From a virus, in the IMG/VR virus record IMGVR_UViG_3300020183_000008, positions 32,001-96,000 of that record: a stretch of 64,000 nt of DNA; one strand, written 5' to 3'. Shown piece by piece: positions 37,162 through 46,852 of this stretch. Within the stretch, counting starts at the first letter, position 1. Each line of letters begins with the position of its first letter. Both the position numbers and the translations under genes were made by a program. The notes beneath the pieces are model-generated. The model did no database searches and was not told where the DNA came from. It saw nothing but the letters and a program-made list of their open reading frames with translations.

Positions 37162-37486
37162 TCCGACCTCGAAGATGTCTTACTATGTTGATGAGATTTG
37201 TTTGTAATTCTTCTTCTGTCGCAAAACCCCGTTGAACTAAAAGACCCTCTAACACAAGAATTGAACCCCGAATCACTTCAGATTCAGACATATTCATTTC
37301 TCTGATAGTTTCCTTCAAAATGTTTCTACGCTCTTCCCCTAGAATCACTTTGATGGTTTCTATACGTTCTTTTAGTTTGATTATTTTGACAGTATCATCA
37401 CCTGATGGGTTGGTCTTTGATTCCAATTCCGTCAGTTCTTTTTTCGTTTCGGATAAAACCGTTTTGATTCGAGTTTCTGTTAGCAC
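37154..37486 (-). CDS. Hypothetical protein
   Basis: 110 aa; GTG start lies 5 nt after TGaTATAAT. Confidence 0.55.
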   Translation of the reverse strand: MLTETRIKTVLSETKKELTELESKTNPSGDDTVKIIKLKERIETIKVILGEERRNILKETIREMNMSESEVIRGSILVLEGLLVQRGFATEEELQTNLINIVRHLRGRNA

Positions 37487-37491
37487 ATAGT

Positions 37492-37500
37492 ATTATATCA
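37492..37500 (-). promoter_or_regulatory. Extended -10 promoter, leaderless-type
   Basis: Perfect TGnTATAAT, overlapping the phoH stop codon, 5 nt before GTG 37486. Confidence 0.55.
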
Positions 37501-38364
37501 CTCTTCTTCAAAAATCCGAGTGAACAATTCAGCGACAGGTCCTCTTTCTACTTTCAACAAATGAATGTGACCAGTGATGGGTGATTTTTTGAAGAAATCG
37601 TTTTCAATCACCCGTAATAAACCAGGCTGAAATCCTTTGGTTTTCACATCAACCTGATTGTAGTCACCTGTGATAATCAAACGGCAACCTTCACCAACAC
37701 GCGTACCGAGAGTTTTCATAACGTGATCATCGATATTTTGAGCTTCATCAAGATAAACGATAGTGCGTTCACCAAAACTCACACCTCTCATGAGTTCGAG
37801 AGGCATAAATTCGATAACGCCTTTGGATTGCATGATCTCAAAATAACTTTTTCCTTTTTCTCCAGTCAATTTGTCAAAAAGATATTTGAAATTGATCAAG
37901 AAAGGTGAAAATTTTTGGTTTTCATCCCCAGGAACAGTGCCAAAATATTTTGAATTACCTACGATTTCCATCGGTTTTGATATAACAACCTTATCGACGT
38001 AGCCACCTGTAATAAGCTCTGTCAAATAAGCACCGATAATCAAGGATTTACCTGTACCTGCTTTCCCTGTTACAGTGACAACTTGAATACCTTCATCATT
38101 TAACAGATCAAACAACATGACCTGTTCTTTATTTTTAGGTCTGATGTCGAAAAAATTGGGATTTTGGTCTCTTAAAATTACGATACGGGAATTATCCGTT
38201 GAAACCTTAGCGAGGGCAGATGAATGAGAATCCGATTTTATAACTAAATATTGGTTTGGAAAAAATCCTTCTTTATCTTTTAAATCTACAAAACCATCCT
38301 GATACAATTTATCTAATTCAGGGAAATTCTCGACTACTCTAACTCCAGTATAGCGTTGACGCAT
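37498..38364 (-). CDS. phoH: PhoH-family ATPase
   Basis: PKNKEQ, GKAGTGKS, G.VPG, MRGVSF, LDEAQN, TRVGEG and GDYNQVD. Confidence 0.93.
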   Translation of the reverse strand: MRQRYTGVRVVENFPELDKLYQDGFVDLKDKEGFFPNQYLVIKSDSHSSALAKVSTDNSRIVILRDQNPNFFDIRPKNKEQVMLFDLLNDEGIQVVTVTGKAGTGKSLIIGAYLTELITGGYVDKVVISKPMEIVGNSKYFGTVPGDENQKFSPFLINFKYLFDKLTGEKGKSYFEIMQSKGVIEFMPLELMRGVSFGERTIVYLDEAQNIDDHVMKTLGTRVGEGCRLIITGDYNQVDVKTKGFQPGLLRVIENDFFKKSPITGHIHLLKVERGPVAELFTRIFEEE

Positions 38365-38420
38365 TTAATCCCTTCCTGACCGAAGATTGTTGATAGCTTC
38401 GATCTTCCAAGAAGAGCTTT

Positions 38421-39563
38421 TCAAAGGTCAATTATTTTCCTAATATCTTTGAGCATGGAATCACGTGCTTCATTCAGAACACCTGAGCTTATATTCAGGG
38501 TGGTTGTAATCTGTTTTTTCGTTTTTCCATTCAGTAACATTTGAAGCACCTTGTAATTTATATCTGATTTGGTGTTCAAATAATATGTACCTCGGTCAAA
38601 TTCAATAAACTCAGGATGCTGTTCACGCATCAAATGAATCATGTACCAAGCCAAATTTCTAGCAAAATTAAAACTCAAGTAGCTTTTTGTTATTGCGATG
38701 TAGTATTGATTATTTTTTCTACGTTCTTGATGAATAATTTCTTCGATGTACCCTTTTTCCAACAAAGAATTTATAACTTGATGGCTGAAGCCCTGAGATA
38801 TCATCTCCATATAAGACGGCTTCTCTTGCTTCAAAAAATTGTAAAGATTTAATTCATCTTTTGTCAGACTTTTTGTTTCAATCGTGACTTTTCTTACACC
38901 AGCCACGTTTGCCCAATTCGTAGTTTCTGAGCAGATAGGCAATTTAGTTTGCCAATTTTTCCAAAAACTATTCCACACGATGTGTTTGATGTCTTCTTTT
39001 TTAGCGTGGTACGGATTTTCCATCGAAAAAGAAAAATGCTGAGAAACGTACCTCTCAACATCATCTATAGTCCGAGGTTCAGAAAGCAATACCCACGCTT
39101 GATGTTCAAGTGTACCTAACTTATGTGGGTTGCTAACTTTGAAAACAAATTTATCTTTAACAAGATCCCTGATTTTATCATCTAGTTGAACATCACAAAA
39201 TGCATCAGTGGGTTTTTGATCATCAGAAGTGAAATCTTTGATTTCGATCAAACTAGCATCTGAGTCATCAAACATAGGTGTGTCGATACACATCGCGTAG
39301 GTCGTTGGATCTTTATCGTTCTTAACTTTTTTAGATTTCAGAAATTTGAACAGATATGTGTAGAGGTAAGTGGAGAATTTAGCTTTTGAAGGATCGTAGG
39401 TATCAAAAAATTTCTTTTCCAAAAGATGGGCGTAGACATCATTTTTGACTTCAGGTAGATCTTCGATGTTGATGTACTTACGAAAGGATTTACAGAGAAT
39501 CCTTTCCAAATCTTTGTCGTATTTTTTAACAAACTCTTCCAAAGTTTTACACGGTTTTAACAT
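38421..39563 (-). CDS. Sigma-factor-like protein (region 2 N-terminus, HTH C-terminus, large insertion)
   Basis: YDPSKAKFSTYLY (sigma region 2) and C-terminal VLQMLLNGKTKKQITTTLNIS. Confidence 0.65.
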   Translation of the reverse strand: MLKPCKTLEEFVKKYDKDLERILCKSFRKYINIEDLPEVKNDVYAHLLEKKFFDTYDPSKAKFSTYLYTYLFKFLKSKKVKNDKDPTTYAMCIDTPMFDDSDASLIEIKDFTSDDQKPTDAFCDVQLDDKIRDLVKDKFVFKVSNPHKLGTLEHQAWVLLSEPRTIDDVERYVSQHFSFSMENPYHAKKEDIKHIVWNSFWKNWQTKLPICSETTNWANVAGVRKVTIETKSLTKDELNLYNFLKQEKPSYMEMISQGFSHQVINSLLEKGYIEEIIHQERRKNNQYYIAITKSYLSFNFARNLAWYMIHLMREQHPEFIEFDRGTYYLNTKSDINYKVLQMLLNGKTKKQITTTLNISSGVLNEARDSMLKDIRKIIDL

Positions 39564-39623
39564 CCTTGTCCCTCGCTAAAACCTCGACCTTGAGGTTTGA
39601 TTTTGATGCCCTACTAAATTTTG

Positions 39624-42299
39624 CTATAGTTTGTAGTGTCTTGCAAGTATGTCAAAACGGATAGCATCAAGTTTTTTTCTAACGAGAGGTACACCATCAG
39701 GCTTGAGGATTACAGCCTCATTGTTTCCACCGGCAGATTCCTCTAAAATCATATTCAATAAAATAAGGTCTCGTTTAGTGATGACACGATTCAAAGTGTA
39801 CGAATAGGGTTTCCAACTCAAAGGAATCTTGGACAACTCGGAGAGCAGTTCCTCGGAATTTAGACTTTGAATCCCTTTTTCCGTGTAAACTTTAGGAGGA
39901 GAAAGTTTTAAATAAGTTTCTATAGCTTGTTTAATTGCATCTTCGCCACTGATACCGCTTTCAGATGCTATTTTAAAAACATCGTAAGCCTTGGAAACAC
40001 TAGCTTGCTCCGTGGTTACAAGCGGTGCAATATCATCAACTGAAACTTCAGAGATGGGGTCATCTTCAACGGGTTCAAATTTTTCAGTTTCGATGATTTT
40101 CGTATCTTCTTTTACCGATTCACTCTTTTGTTCATCTGATTTTGTCAGATTTTCAGGGTCTAACCCAAACTGACGCGCTTTCATTTTGCGCAAACTTGTA
40201 TTTAATTTTGAAAGAAGATGCGGATTTTTTTCAAAAAACTCATAGTCAACATCCCAAGAGTCACCCACCTCACAGTCCATAGACAGCGGAACTTGCCACT
40301 TCAGAGTCGATTGAAGAACTCCGGAAAGGGACATGATGTTCATCAAATTTGGAAGATGCACATCTAGTTTACTTTCAAGAACTTCAAAGACTACTTCATC
40401 GTGTACCGTGAGCAAAAGGCGGACTTCATCGTTCACCTGATCGGCATACTCTTGAGTCTTAATCATGGCGAGTTTCATAATATCACCACCCGATCCTTGA
40501 ATCGGAGTGTTCGTCGCTAATCTCTCTGCTTTAGCGATTTCAATTCTATTGTCTAGATCCTTGAAAAATCTCTCTACAGACCTGCGTCGACCAAAAGGGG
40601 TTTCACAATATTTATTCTTCTTAACTTCCTTTTTTACCTTGTCGATCCACTTTTGCAGGTTTTTTAACCCACCCATCATTTTTTGTTGGTATTCGCGTGC
40701 TTGATCACGCGAACACCCAACGGCACCTGCAATCGCTGAAGGTCCCCCGCCGTACAAGGTCTGGAAATTCAGGGATTTACTGATATCTCTTTGTTCAGGT
40801 TCAACTTTTTTGGTATTAAAAACCAGAGATGCTGTTTCAGTGTGAAGGTCTCCATCACCTTCATTGAATGATTTAATCCACACAGGTTCTTGGGATACGT
40901 TCGCAGCCACGCGCAATTCTTCACCTGAATAGTCTATCGCAACCATTTTATAACCAGATCGAGCTACGAAACATGACCTCAAAAAATAACCAGAACCATA
41001 GATGTCCATGATTTGTTCATCAGTCATCCCTTTAATTTTCTTTTTCTTGGCGGGTTTCGTCATCGCCTGAATATTAACACCAGCGAAACCCACATCAGGA
41101 TCTCCACCAGAACAAGAAAATCTACCTGTTTCTGTACCTAGCTGTCTAAAATCAAATTTCGTACAACTGTCTTTATCAACATTTTTGATCAAGTTATCAA
41201 CGTAGGTTCCAAGTGTTTTAACGATATCCCGTTGTTTTAAAATCAACGGAATTAAAGGACACCTGTCTTTAAACTTTGATAATGTTTTTTCGTCCGTGTG
41301 GATGGTCTCTCTACCATCTTCATCCACACCTTGCAGAGGAAGATGGTAATCTTCGATCAATATTTTTGCTACAGCTTTAGGGGAACTTAAATTTATAGGC
41401 TCACCAACTAAATCATTAGCCTCGGTTTCAACCTTTAAAAGAGCGTTAGCGAGAAAAGACCTTTTTTCCTGTAACAGCTCTGTGTTGACGGAAACTCTAT
41501 TCTTAGCCATCTCACGCACAACACGGATAGTTCTGCGCTCCATCCAATAAATAACCGGCTGTTCTTGCTCGATGTATTTCAATCTCTCAAACACATGCCA
41601 TGTGCACACGGCATCTGAACAGCCATAGTAAAGAGTATCTTTTTTATTGGGATCGAGAAGATAAAACTTGACCTCTGAACCGTGAAATAGGTCACGAATT
41701 TCTATCATCTCCATTCCAAGAAGATTCTTAGAAAGATCTTTTAAGCCGTGACCATGACTCGATGCATCCTTCAACTTCGAAAGAATAAAAGTATCGTGCC
41801 AAGGAATAGTTGGAGCATCAATTTTCTGACCAGTAGGAAAGGCTAAAGGTGATTTAGTTTCACCTATCTGGCGAATATTGAAACCCCAATTTTCAAGAAT
41901 CGCATGGTCGTACCCGCAGTTATGATAAATCGTAACACAGCTATCAAGTATTTCTTGAATTCGGATTTTTACATCATCAAAATTTAAATTCCACGTATCG
42001 GAACGGATGAATTCACCTTCATCTTCCATGCCGTGGTTTACGGGCACATAATAACCTGCAACTCCATCGTAGGACAAACAAAACCCTGCGATGAAAGTCT
42101 GAGGTTTGCCATCGATGACTCGAACATCTAAACCAGATGTTTCCAAGTCGATGACACAACAGCCTGATTTTTTGCTACCCTCAACAATTTCATCAAGTAC
42201 AGAGATATCCTTGACACACAAGAATTTCTTAGTGCGCATCCAAGGATACTTTTCCTCAAGAGGGCGATCCATCGTTTCCGAATCAAATAGTGAGTTCAT
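39624..42299 (-). CDS. polA: Family A DNA polymerase with 3'-5' exonuclease and C-terminal extension
   Basis: ExoI DLETSG, ExoII HNCGYD, ExoIII YGCSDA, TETGRFS, motif A DYSGEELR, motif B RDISKSLNFQTLYG and motif C VHDE. Confidence 0.95.
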   Translation of the reverse strand: MNSLFDSETMDRPLEEKYPWMRTKKFLCVKDISVLDEIVEGSKKSGCCVIDLETSGLDVRVIDGKPQTFIAGFCLSYDGVAGYYVPVNHGMEDEGEFIRSDTWNLNFDDVKIRIQEILDSCVTIYHNCGYDHAILENWGFNIRQIGETKSPLAFPTGQKIDAPTIPWHDTFILSKLKDASSHGHGLKDLSKNLLGMEMIEIRDLFHGSEVKFYLLDPNKKDTLYYGCSDAVCTWHVFERLKYIEQEQPVIYWMERRTIRVVREMAKNRVSVNTELLQEKRSFLANALLKVETEANDLVGEPINLSSPKAVAKILIEDYHLPLQGVDEDGRETIHTDEKTLSKFKDRCPLIPLILKQRDIVKTLGTYVDNLIKNVDKDSCTKFDFRQLGTETGRFSCSGGDPDVGFAGVNIQAMTKPAKKKKIKGMTDEQIMDIYGSGYFLRSCFVARSGYKMVAIDYSGEELRVAANVSQEPVWIKSFNEGDGDLHTETASLVFNTKKVEPEQRDISKSLNFQTLYGGGPSAIAGAVGCSRDQAREYQQKMMGGLKNLQKWIDKVKKEVKKNKYCETPFGRRRSVERFFKDLDNRIEIAKAERLATNTPIQGSGGDIMKLAMIKTQEYADQVNDEVRLLLTVHDEVVFEVLESKLDVHLPNLMNIMSLSGVLQSTLKWQVPLSMDCEVGDSWDVDYEFFEKNPHLLSKLNTSLRKMKARQFGLDPENLTKSDEQKSESVKEDTKIIETEKFEPVEDDPISEVSVDDIAPLVTTEQASVSKAYDVFKIASESGISGEDAIKQAIETYLKLSPPKVYTEKGIQSLNSEELLSELSKIPLSWKPYSYTLNRVITKRDLILLNMILEESAGGNNEAVILKPDGVPLVRKKLDAIRFDILARHYKL

Positions 42300-42305
42300 C
42301 CAAAC

Positions 42306-42334
42306 AAGATAAATTCAAAAGTTGGAAAAATCAA
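42306..42334 (-). promoter_or_regulatory. Sigma70-type promoter for the polymerase, leaderless-type
   Basis: TTGATT-17 nt-TATCTT, ending 6 nt before ATG 42299. Confidence 0.5.
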
Positions 42335-43014
42335 AGCGTTTCAAAACAACAAACCAAATCCGATTTTGTTTGATTTATGAGCATCGAGTGTTCAGACAGT
42401 CCTTGGTGAGCTACCCAAGTTGGGTTATCCCCTACGAGGTGCTTAATGTGAAAAGAAACAGCGAATTTCTTTCGAGCCTTAAATATCGGGTTAGGTATCT
42501 TGAAAGAATACCAACCATCAAGAAACTCGGAAAGATGGATATCGTACGTTCTCAGTAACTTACCACCAAAGTCGACATCAAAAATCGTCAAGGTAGCTAA
42601 ACCAGCACCACCTTTTTTCACGCGCATTCGCCATTCTGAAAAGGTATCTTGCTCATGCTTGAAAAGTATTGTAAACTTATGATTTTCTTGCATTTTAACA
42701 TCGGAAAAACCAACTGACTGGAAAGCTCCGAGAGATGATGACCTATGCAAAGAGTGCAGTATTTCAGCCGCTCTACCGTGACTATCATCCACCCATTCAA
42801 ATAACTTTGAATATTTTGCAGACAAAATAGTTATCTTATCAACCGTAGTTTTCGCGAATAAATTTTTTTGACCTACAAGCAGAACCTTGTCGTATCGATA
42901 GGCATCAATAGCAGAAGGATTTATGAATTTCTCGACTTGTATTCGAGAAGAGAGTTGCTTCTCAATCTCGCTCTCTTGGTCATACGGATAAATGACTGCA
43001 ACGAGTTTATTCAT
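42331..43014 (-). CDS. Hypothetical protein of the glycosylation cluster
   Basis: 227 aa, overlapping the upstream gene. Confidence 0.6.
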   Translation of the reverse strand: MNKLVAVIYPYDQESEIEKQLSSRIQVEKFINPSAIDAYRYDKVLLVGQKNLFAKTTVDKITILSAKYSKLFEWVDDSHGRAAEILHSLHRSSSLGAFQSVGFSDVKMQENHKFTILFKHEQDTFSEWRMRVKKGGAGLATLTIFDVDFGGKLLRTYDIHLSEFLDGWYSFKIPNPIFKARKKFAVSFHIKHLVGDNPTWVAHQGLSEHSMLINQTKSDLVCCFETL

Positions 43015-43714
43015 AAAGGGCTTTCAACCAAATATGTAAATTATTGTAATGAAGACGCTGAGATAAACAACGCAGCCTAGATCTTTCTAAGTCCCCAGAG
43101 ATGTCCATACCCATCCTCAAGATGTCTAAGCGGGTCAAAGCATCTGAAATCGTGGAAAAGGGTAACATCCAAGGACTGAGGCAATGTAAAGATCTAAGGA
43201 TTTCAGCGACACCATCGAAATCATGTACGAGAAAAGGCTGTTTTCTGATGATTGCATTTAAGAGTTGTTTTTTGCCAACATAGCCCGACTCCAGAATAAT
43301 ATGAATGCCTTGAGAGGGTGCTCGAATTTGCTCGACCGGAATCGATGGGTGAATAGCTTGTCTAACTTCGAGATAGGTCTCATCAAATACAGATAACATA
43401 CCTATTTCATTGAATAAACTTTCCCACCTTCGAATCAATCGAGATGGGGCTTCACAGATTGCGCGATCTAATCTGTAATTCTCTTCAGCCTTTTGATAGT
43501 CAACCGTGATTGGGTAGCTAAAACCAACTAATTTCTCTTTCTCAGGTTCAAATTCTATGTGTTTAACCCCTTTGATTTCAAAACCAACGGTCGCATCGTA
43601 GGGGACGAAAGGCTGTCTAAACTCAGCATCAACATCATGTAAACTGTTGAGAAAAGACAAAAAACTCTTATTGAAATGTGGAGCAACCCCGAGTTTCATA
43701 GAATCGACCTCCAT
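43007..43714 (-). CDS. Hypothetical protein, possibly a degenerate glycosyltransferase
   Basis: The C-terminus (LLNAIIRKQPFLVHDFDGVAEIL) resembles the GT-B 'EAMA.G.PV..D.GG..EI' motif. Confidence 0.45.
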   Translation of the reverse strand: MEVDSMKLGVAPHFNKSFLSFLNSLHDVDAEFRQPFVPYDATVGFEIKGVKHIEFEPEKEKLVGFSYPITVDYQKAEENYRLDRAICEAPSRLIRRWESLFNEIGMLSVFDETYLEVRQAIHPSIPVEQIRAPSQGIHIILESGYVGKKQLLNAIIRKQPFLVHDFDGVAEILRSLHCLSPWMLPFSTISDALTRLDILRMGMDISGDLERSRLRCLSQRLHYNNLHIWLKALYE

Positions 43715-44700
43715 TTTTTTACAAAAGTTGAGAAAGGTCTTTTTTCCTCTACAGATCTTCTAGCTCTTTTCCCTAATCTTATTGAAACTTCTGGGTTTTT
43801 TATAAGAAACAAGAGATAATTTCGCACTTCCAAAAGATTCAGGGCACTGTAACCGGTGATTCCGTGAAGAATAAGGTCGCTATTCCAGATTCCATTCCCA
43901 ACAACAGGCACACCGCAACTCATCGATGTCAGAGTTGACAGTGATGTAGGGTAACCATCCTGCAAATCTAAACAAGCGTTGTATTGAGAAATGGTATCTA
44001 GTCCAGAATACCAAAAATGGTAGGCTGTCTTGTTTTCATCAGCTTGAATGTTCGGAAGAACACTTCGAAACTGATTTAATGAATCTTGCCCGTAGAGGTC
44101 TACAGGTAGATCCAAAGAAACTAAAGCGGAATAATGATAGCCACTCCCATGTGGATCAGATGGAGGTGCAGGGTGAATAATCAGAGATCTGTTTATTTTA
44201 TTTACGCTGAAAGGGAAATTTACTAATTCAAAAGAAGGCTCAATGACTACAGAATTTTCAAATCCCCACGCCTTTTGGCATGAGACCGATGGGACAACCA
44301 CTAAGCGATCACCGATGATCGTTTTTATGTTGGTAAATAGTTCATCGTCGAGCGGTAAGTCTTTTTGAAAAAAACTTTGCACGTTGAATCGGTCTTTCCG
44401 AGGGGGAGCACCGTGACAAACAAAAATGATTTTTTTAAATTTAGACTTAGCCAAATTTAAAAACTCAGCAGACATTTTGTCTTTAGCTTCACGGCTCAAA
44501 TGACCTAAGCCTAAACAATTATCATCAAAATGAAGAATGAGCGTTTCTTTACTCAATTCGCAGTCTTCGAAGTCTACGCTTCCTGCAAAATTATTAGGTC
44601 GCGCTTGATAGTCCCAATCTATCGATTTACAGAGAATCCAAAATTTGTCGATTTTATTTAATTCATATTGATATATCGGGTCGAATAGGTTTGTAAGCAT
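43696..44700 (-). CDS. GT-B fold (GT4-like) glycosyltransferase
   Basis: LTSMSCGVPVV...LILHGITGY...RLGKRARR. Confidence 0.75.
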   Translation of the reverse strand: MLTNLFDPIYQYELNKIDKFWILCKSIDWDYQARPNNFAGSVDFEDCELSKETLILHFDDNCLGLGHLSREAKDKMSAEFLNLAKSKFKKIIFVCHGAPPRKDRFNVQSFFQKDLPLDDELFTNIKTIIGDRLVVVPSVSCQKAWGFENSVVIEPSFELVNFPFSVNKINRSLIIHPAPPSDPHGSGYHYSALVSLDLPVDLYGQDSLNQFRSVLPNIQADENKTAYHFWYSGLDTISQYNACLDLQDGYPTSLSTLTSMSCGVPVVGNGIWNSDLILHGITGYSALNLLEVRNYLLFLIKNPEVSIRLGKRARRSVEEKRPFSTFVKKWRSIL

Positions 44701-44703
44701 GAT

Positions 44704-45531
44704 TTATTTTAGATATTCGTGCAGATGATCTTGCCAAGGATACAATCTCACACCATTTTGGATACTTTTATCGACATTCAGGACGCTGTTCTTAGGTCTC
44801 TTCGCAGGACGCACGAAGTCTTCTGATGAACAAGGCACCACTTTAACAGGATGATTTTTTAAAATATCTTTAGCAAAGTCGTACCAAGAGCAAAAATTAC
44901 TTGAAGCCACGTGCCATTTCCCTTCGGCACCTTGATCTAATAACCAAGAGACAGCTCGCGATACCATTTTCGTACTCGTAGGTCTTCCAAATTGGTCACT
45001 GACGACCTTAATCTCTTTATTATTCGCAGCAATATTTAACATCGTTTTAACAAAATTCGGACCATTGCGACCAAAAAGCCACTGTACTCGAATCAACAAA
45101 GATTTAGCTGAACAAGATTCAATAGCTGTTTCACCGAAAAGTTTACTTTTCCCGTAATTGTTAATCGGATTTCTTTCATCATCTTCTCGATAGAGTGATG
45201 TGGTATTTCCATCAAAAACATAATCTGTGGAAAAATGAACGATCTTTGAATTAACTTTTTCGCAGGCTGATGCGAGATGATAAACACCTAAACCATTAAC
45301 ATCATAACAAAGCGAGTTAATTTCACACTCATCAACTTTTGTAAAAGCGGCGCAATTCAAAACAATTTCAGGGCGAATGTTGAAAAGAGCGGATTCGACT
45401 TCTTTTTTATTTGTAATATCTAATTGTTTTTTTGAAAGGCTATAAGTTTGATATTTACCATTCAAAACAGGCAGCAAATCGAAAGCCAACATTCCATCTG
45501 CACCTGTGAGTAGTAGTTTAGGCTTACTCAT
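44704..45531 (-). CDS. rmlD: dTDP-4-dehydrorhamnose reductase
   Basis: TGADGML, NCAAFTKVD, STDYVFDG, YGKSK, DQFGRPT and PAKRP. Confidence 0.95.
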   Translation of the reverse strand: MSKPKLLLTGADGMLAFDLLPVLNGKYQTYSLSKKQLDITNKKEVESALFNIRPEIVLNCAAFTKVDECEINSLCYDVNGLGVYHLASACEKVNSKIVHFSTDYVFDGNTTSLYREDDERNPINNYGKSKLFGETAIESCSAKSLLIRVQWLFGRNGPNFVKTMLNIAANNKEIKVVSDQFGRPTSTKMVSRAVSWLLDQGAEGKWHVASSNFCSWYDFAKDILKNHPVKVVPCSSEDFVRPAKRPKNSVLNVDKSIQNGVRLYPWQDHLHEYLK

Positions 45532-46495
45532 TTCTGCCCCAAAAATTTTCGTAGGTTTTTTCTAACCAATTTCGATTATCTTTGTACCAATTCAAGGTTT
45601 TTGATAACGCTTCATCAAGATCTGTACGCGGTGCCCAACCCAATTTTTTTAATTTTGTGCAATCGACTGAATATCGAAAATCATGTCCTTTTCGGTCTTC
45701 GATAAAATTAAGATGCAAATACAAACCAGATAATCTCTGAACAGCGTGCAAAATATCTAAGTTGGATCTCTCGTTATCTGAGCCGATGTTATAGGTTTCG
45801 CCTATTTCACCTTTTTCAGACAATAAAATAATTGCATCAGCTAAATCTTCAACAAAAAGCCATTCGCGAACATTCAACCCATTTCCATAAACAGGGACAG
45901 GTTTGCTGTTCATCATCAAATAAAGTGCTCGGGGTAAAAGTTTTTCAGGGAGCTGCCTCGGACCAAAACAATTCGAAGGGCACACGTTAATTACAGGTAG
46001 CTTGTGCGTTTCCCTAAAAGCATTAGCGAACAATAATTGAGATGCTTTACTCGCTGAATACAAATTCCTAGGTGCGATCGGAGTAGTTTCTGTGAAACAC
46101 CCATCATGAGTTGGGAGATGCCCAAAAATCTCATCGGTAGCAAAGTTGATGACCTTAGGTACTTCGGTCTCCCTACAAGCCTCAAATAGATAAGATGAAC
46201 CTAAAACATTTGTTGTAATAAAATCTTCAAAATTAGATATGGATTTATCCACTGAAGACTCAGCCGCAATGTGTACGACTAATTCATAAGGACCGAAGTT
46301 TGAAAAAACGTGTTCAATGTTGTCTTTTCTTCTAAGGTCAGCCTTAAAAAATTTTACATCTAACCCAGAAATATGCTCTTTGAACCCGCTGTAAGATAGA
46401 GTATCAAAAACATGAACTTCATACCCTTGATCCAAAAATCTTCGCACCACGGTGGAACCAATAAATCCGCAACCACCTGTAATCAAAACTTTCAT
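45524..46495 (-). CDS. rmlB: dTDP-glucose 4,6-dehydratase
   Basis: TGGCGFIG, AAESSVD, TDE, YSASK, PEKLLP, REWLFVED and DRKGHDFRY. Confidence 0.95.
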   Translation of the reverse strand: MKVLITGGCGFIGSTVVRRFLDQGYEVHVFDTLSYSGFKEHISGLDVKFFKADLRRKDNIEHVFSNFGPYELVVHIAAESSVDKSISNFEDFITTNVLGSSYLFEACRETEVPKVINFATDEIFGHLPTHDGCFTETTPIAPRNLYSASKASQLLFANAFRETHKLPVINVCPSNCFGPRQLPEKLLPRALYLMMNSKPVPVYGNGLNVREWLFVEDLADAIILLSEKGEIGETYNIGSDNERSNLDILHAVQRLSGLYLHLNFIEDRKGHDFRYSVDCTKLKKLGWAPRTDLDEALSKTLNWYKDNRNWLEKTYENFWGRNE

Positions 46496-46849
46496 TCAAT
46501 CACCATCCCACACACCATCAGGTCTAATTTGAGCTAAAGCTAGCAAACCGTAAAGGGACTGTTTTGCATTACCTTCTGTCGGTTTCCAATAATCGACATC
46601 AGTATCATCTTTTAGTTGGGCTATAGCTTTTTTTATAACAGGCAAGCTCTCTGCCCCAGTCATCCCATAAATTGCTCTTATCCCTTTTTCTCCAAAAATT
46701 TTGTAAAAAAATGGCGCATAATTATAAGTGATGTTGAGATGAAGCCTGTCATTATTGATAGCATAGGCGCCACCTCTAATTTGATGAGGACTCTCTGAAT
46801 GTAAAACTTCTTTTGTCACAGGGTCTATGAGAGACAAGTCATAGCTCAT
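46496..46849 (-). CDS. Hypothetical phage protein
   Basis: 117 aa (NITYNY...YWKPTEGNA...PDGVW), inserted between rmlA and rmlB. Confidence 0.65.
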   Translation of the reverse strand: MSYDLSLIDPVTKEVLHSESPHQIRGGAYAINNDRLHLNITYNYAPFFYKIFGEKGIRAIYGMTGAESLPVIKKAIAQLKDDTDVDYWKPTEGNAKQSLYGLLALAQIRPDGVWDGD

Positions 46850-46852
46850 AAA

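Noticed and set aside
39579-39598. Hairpin AAACCTC-6 nt-GAGGTTT between polA and the sigma-like gene
   Set aside because: The 7-bp stem has no separate U-tract and is too weak to call a terminator.
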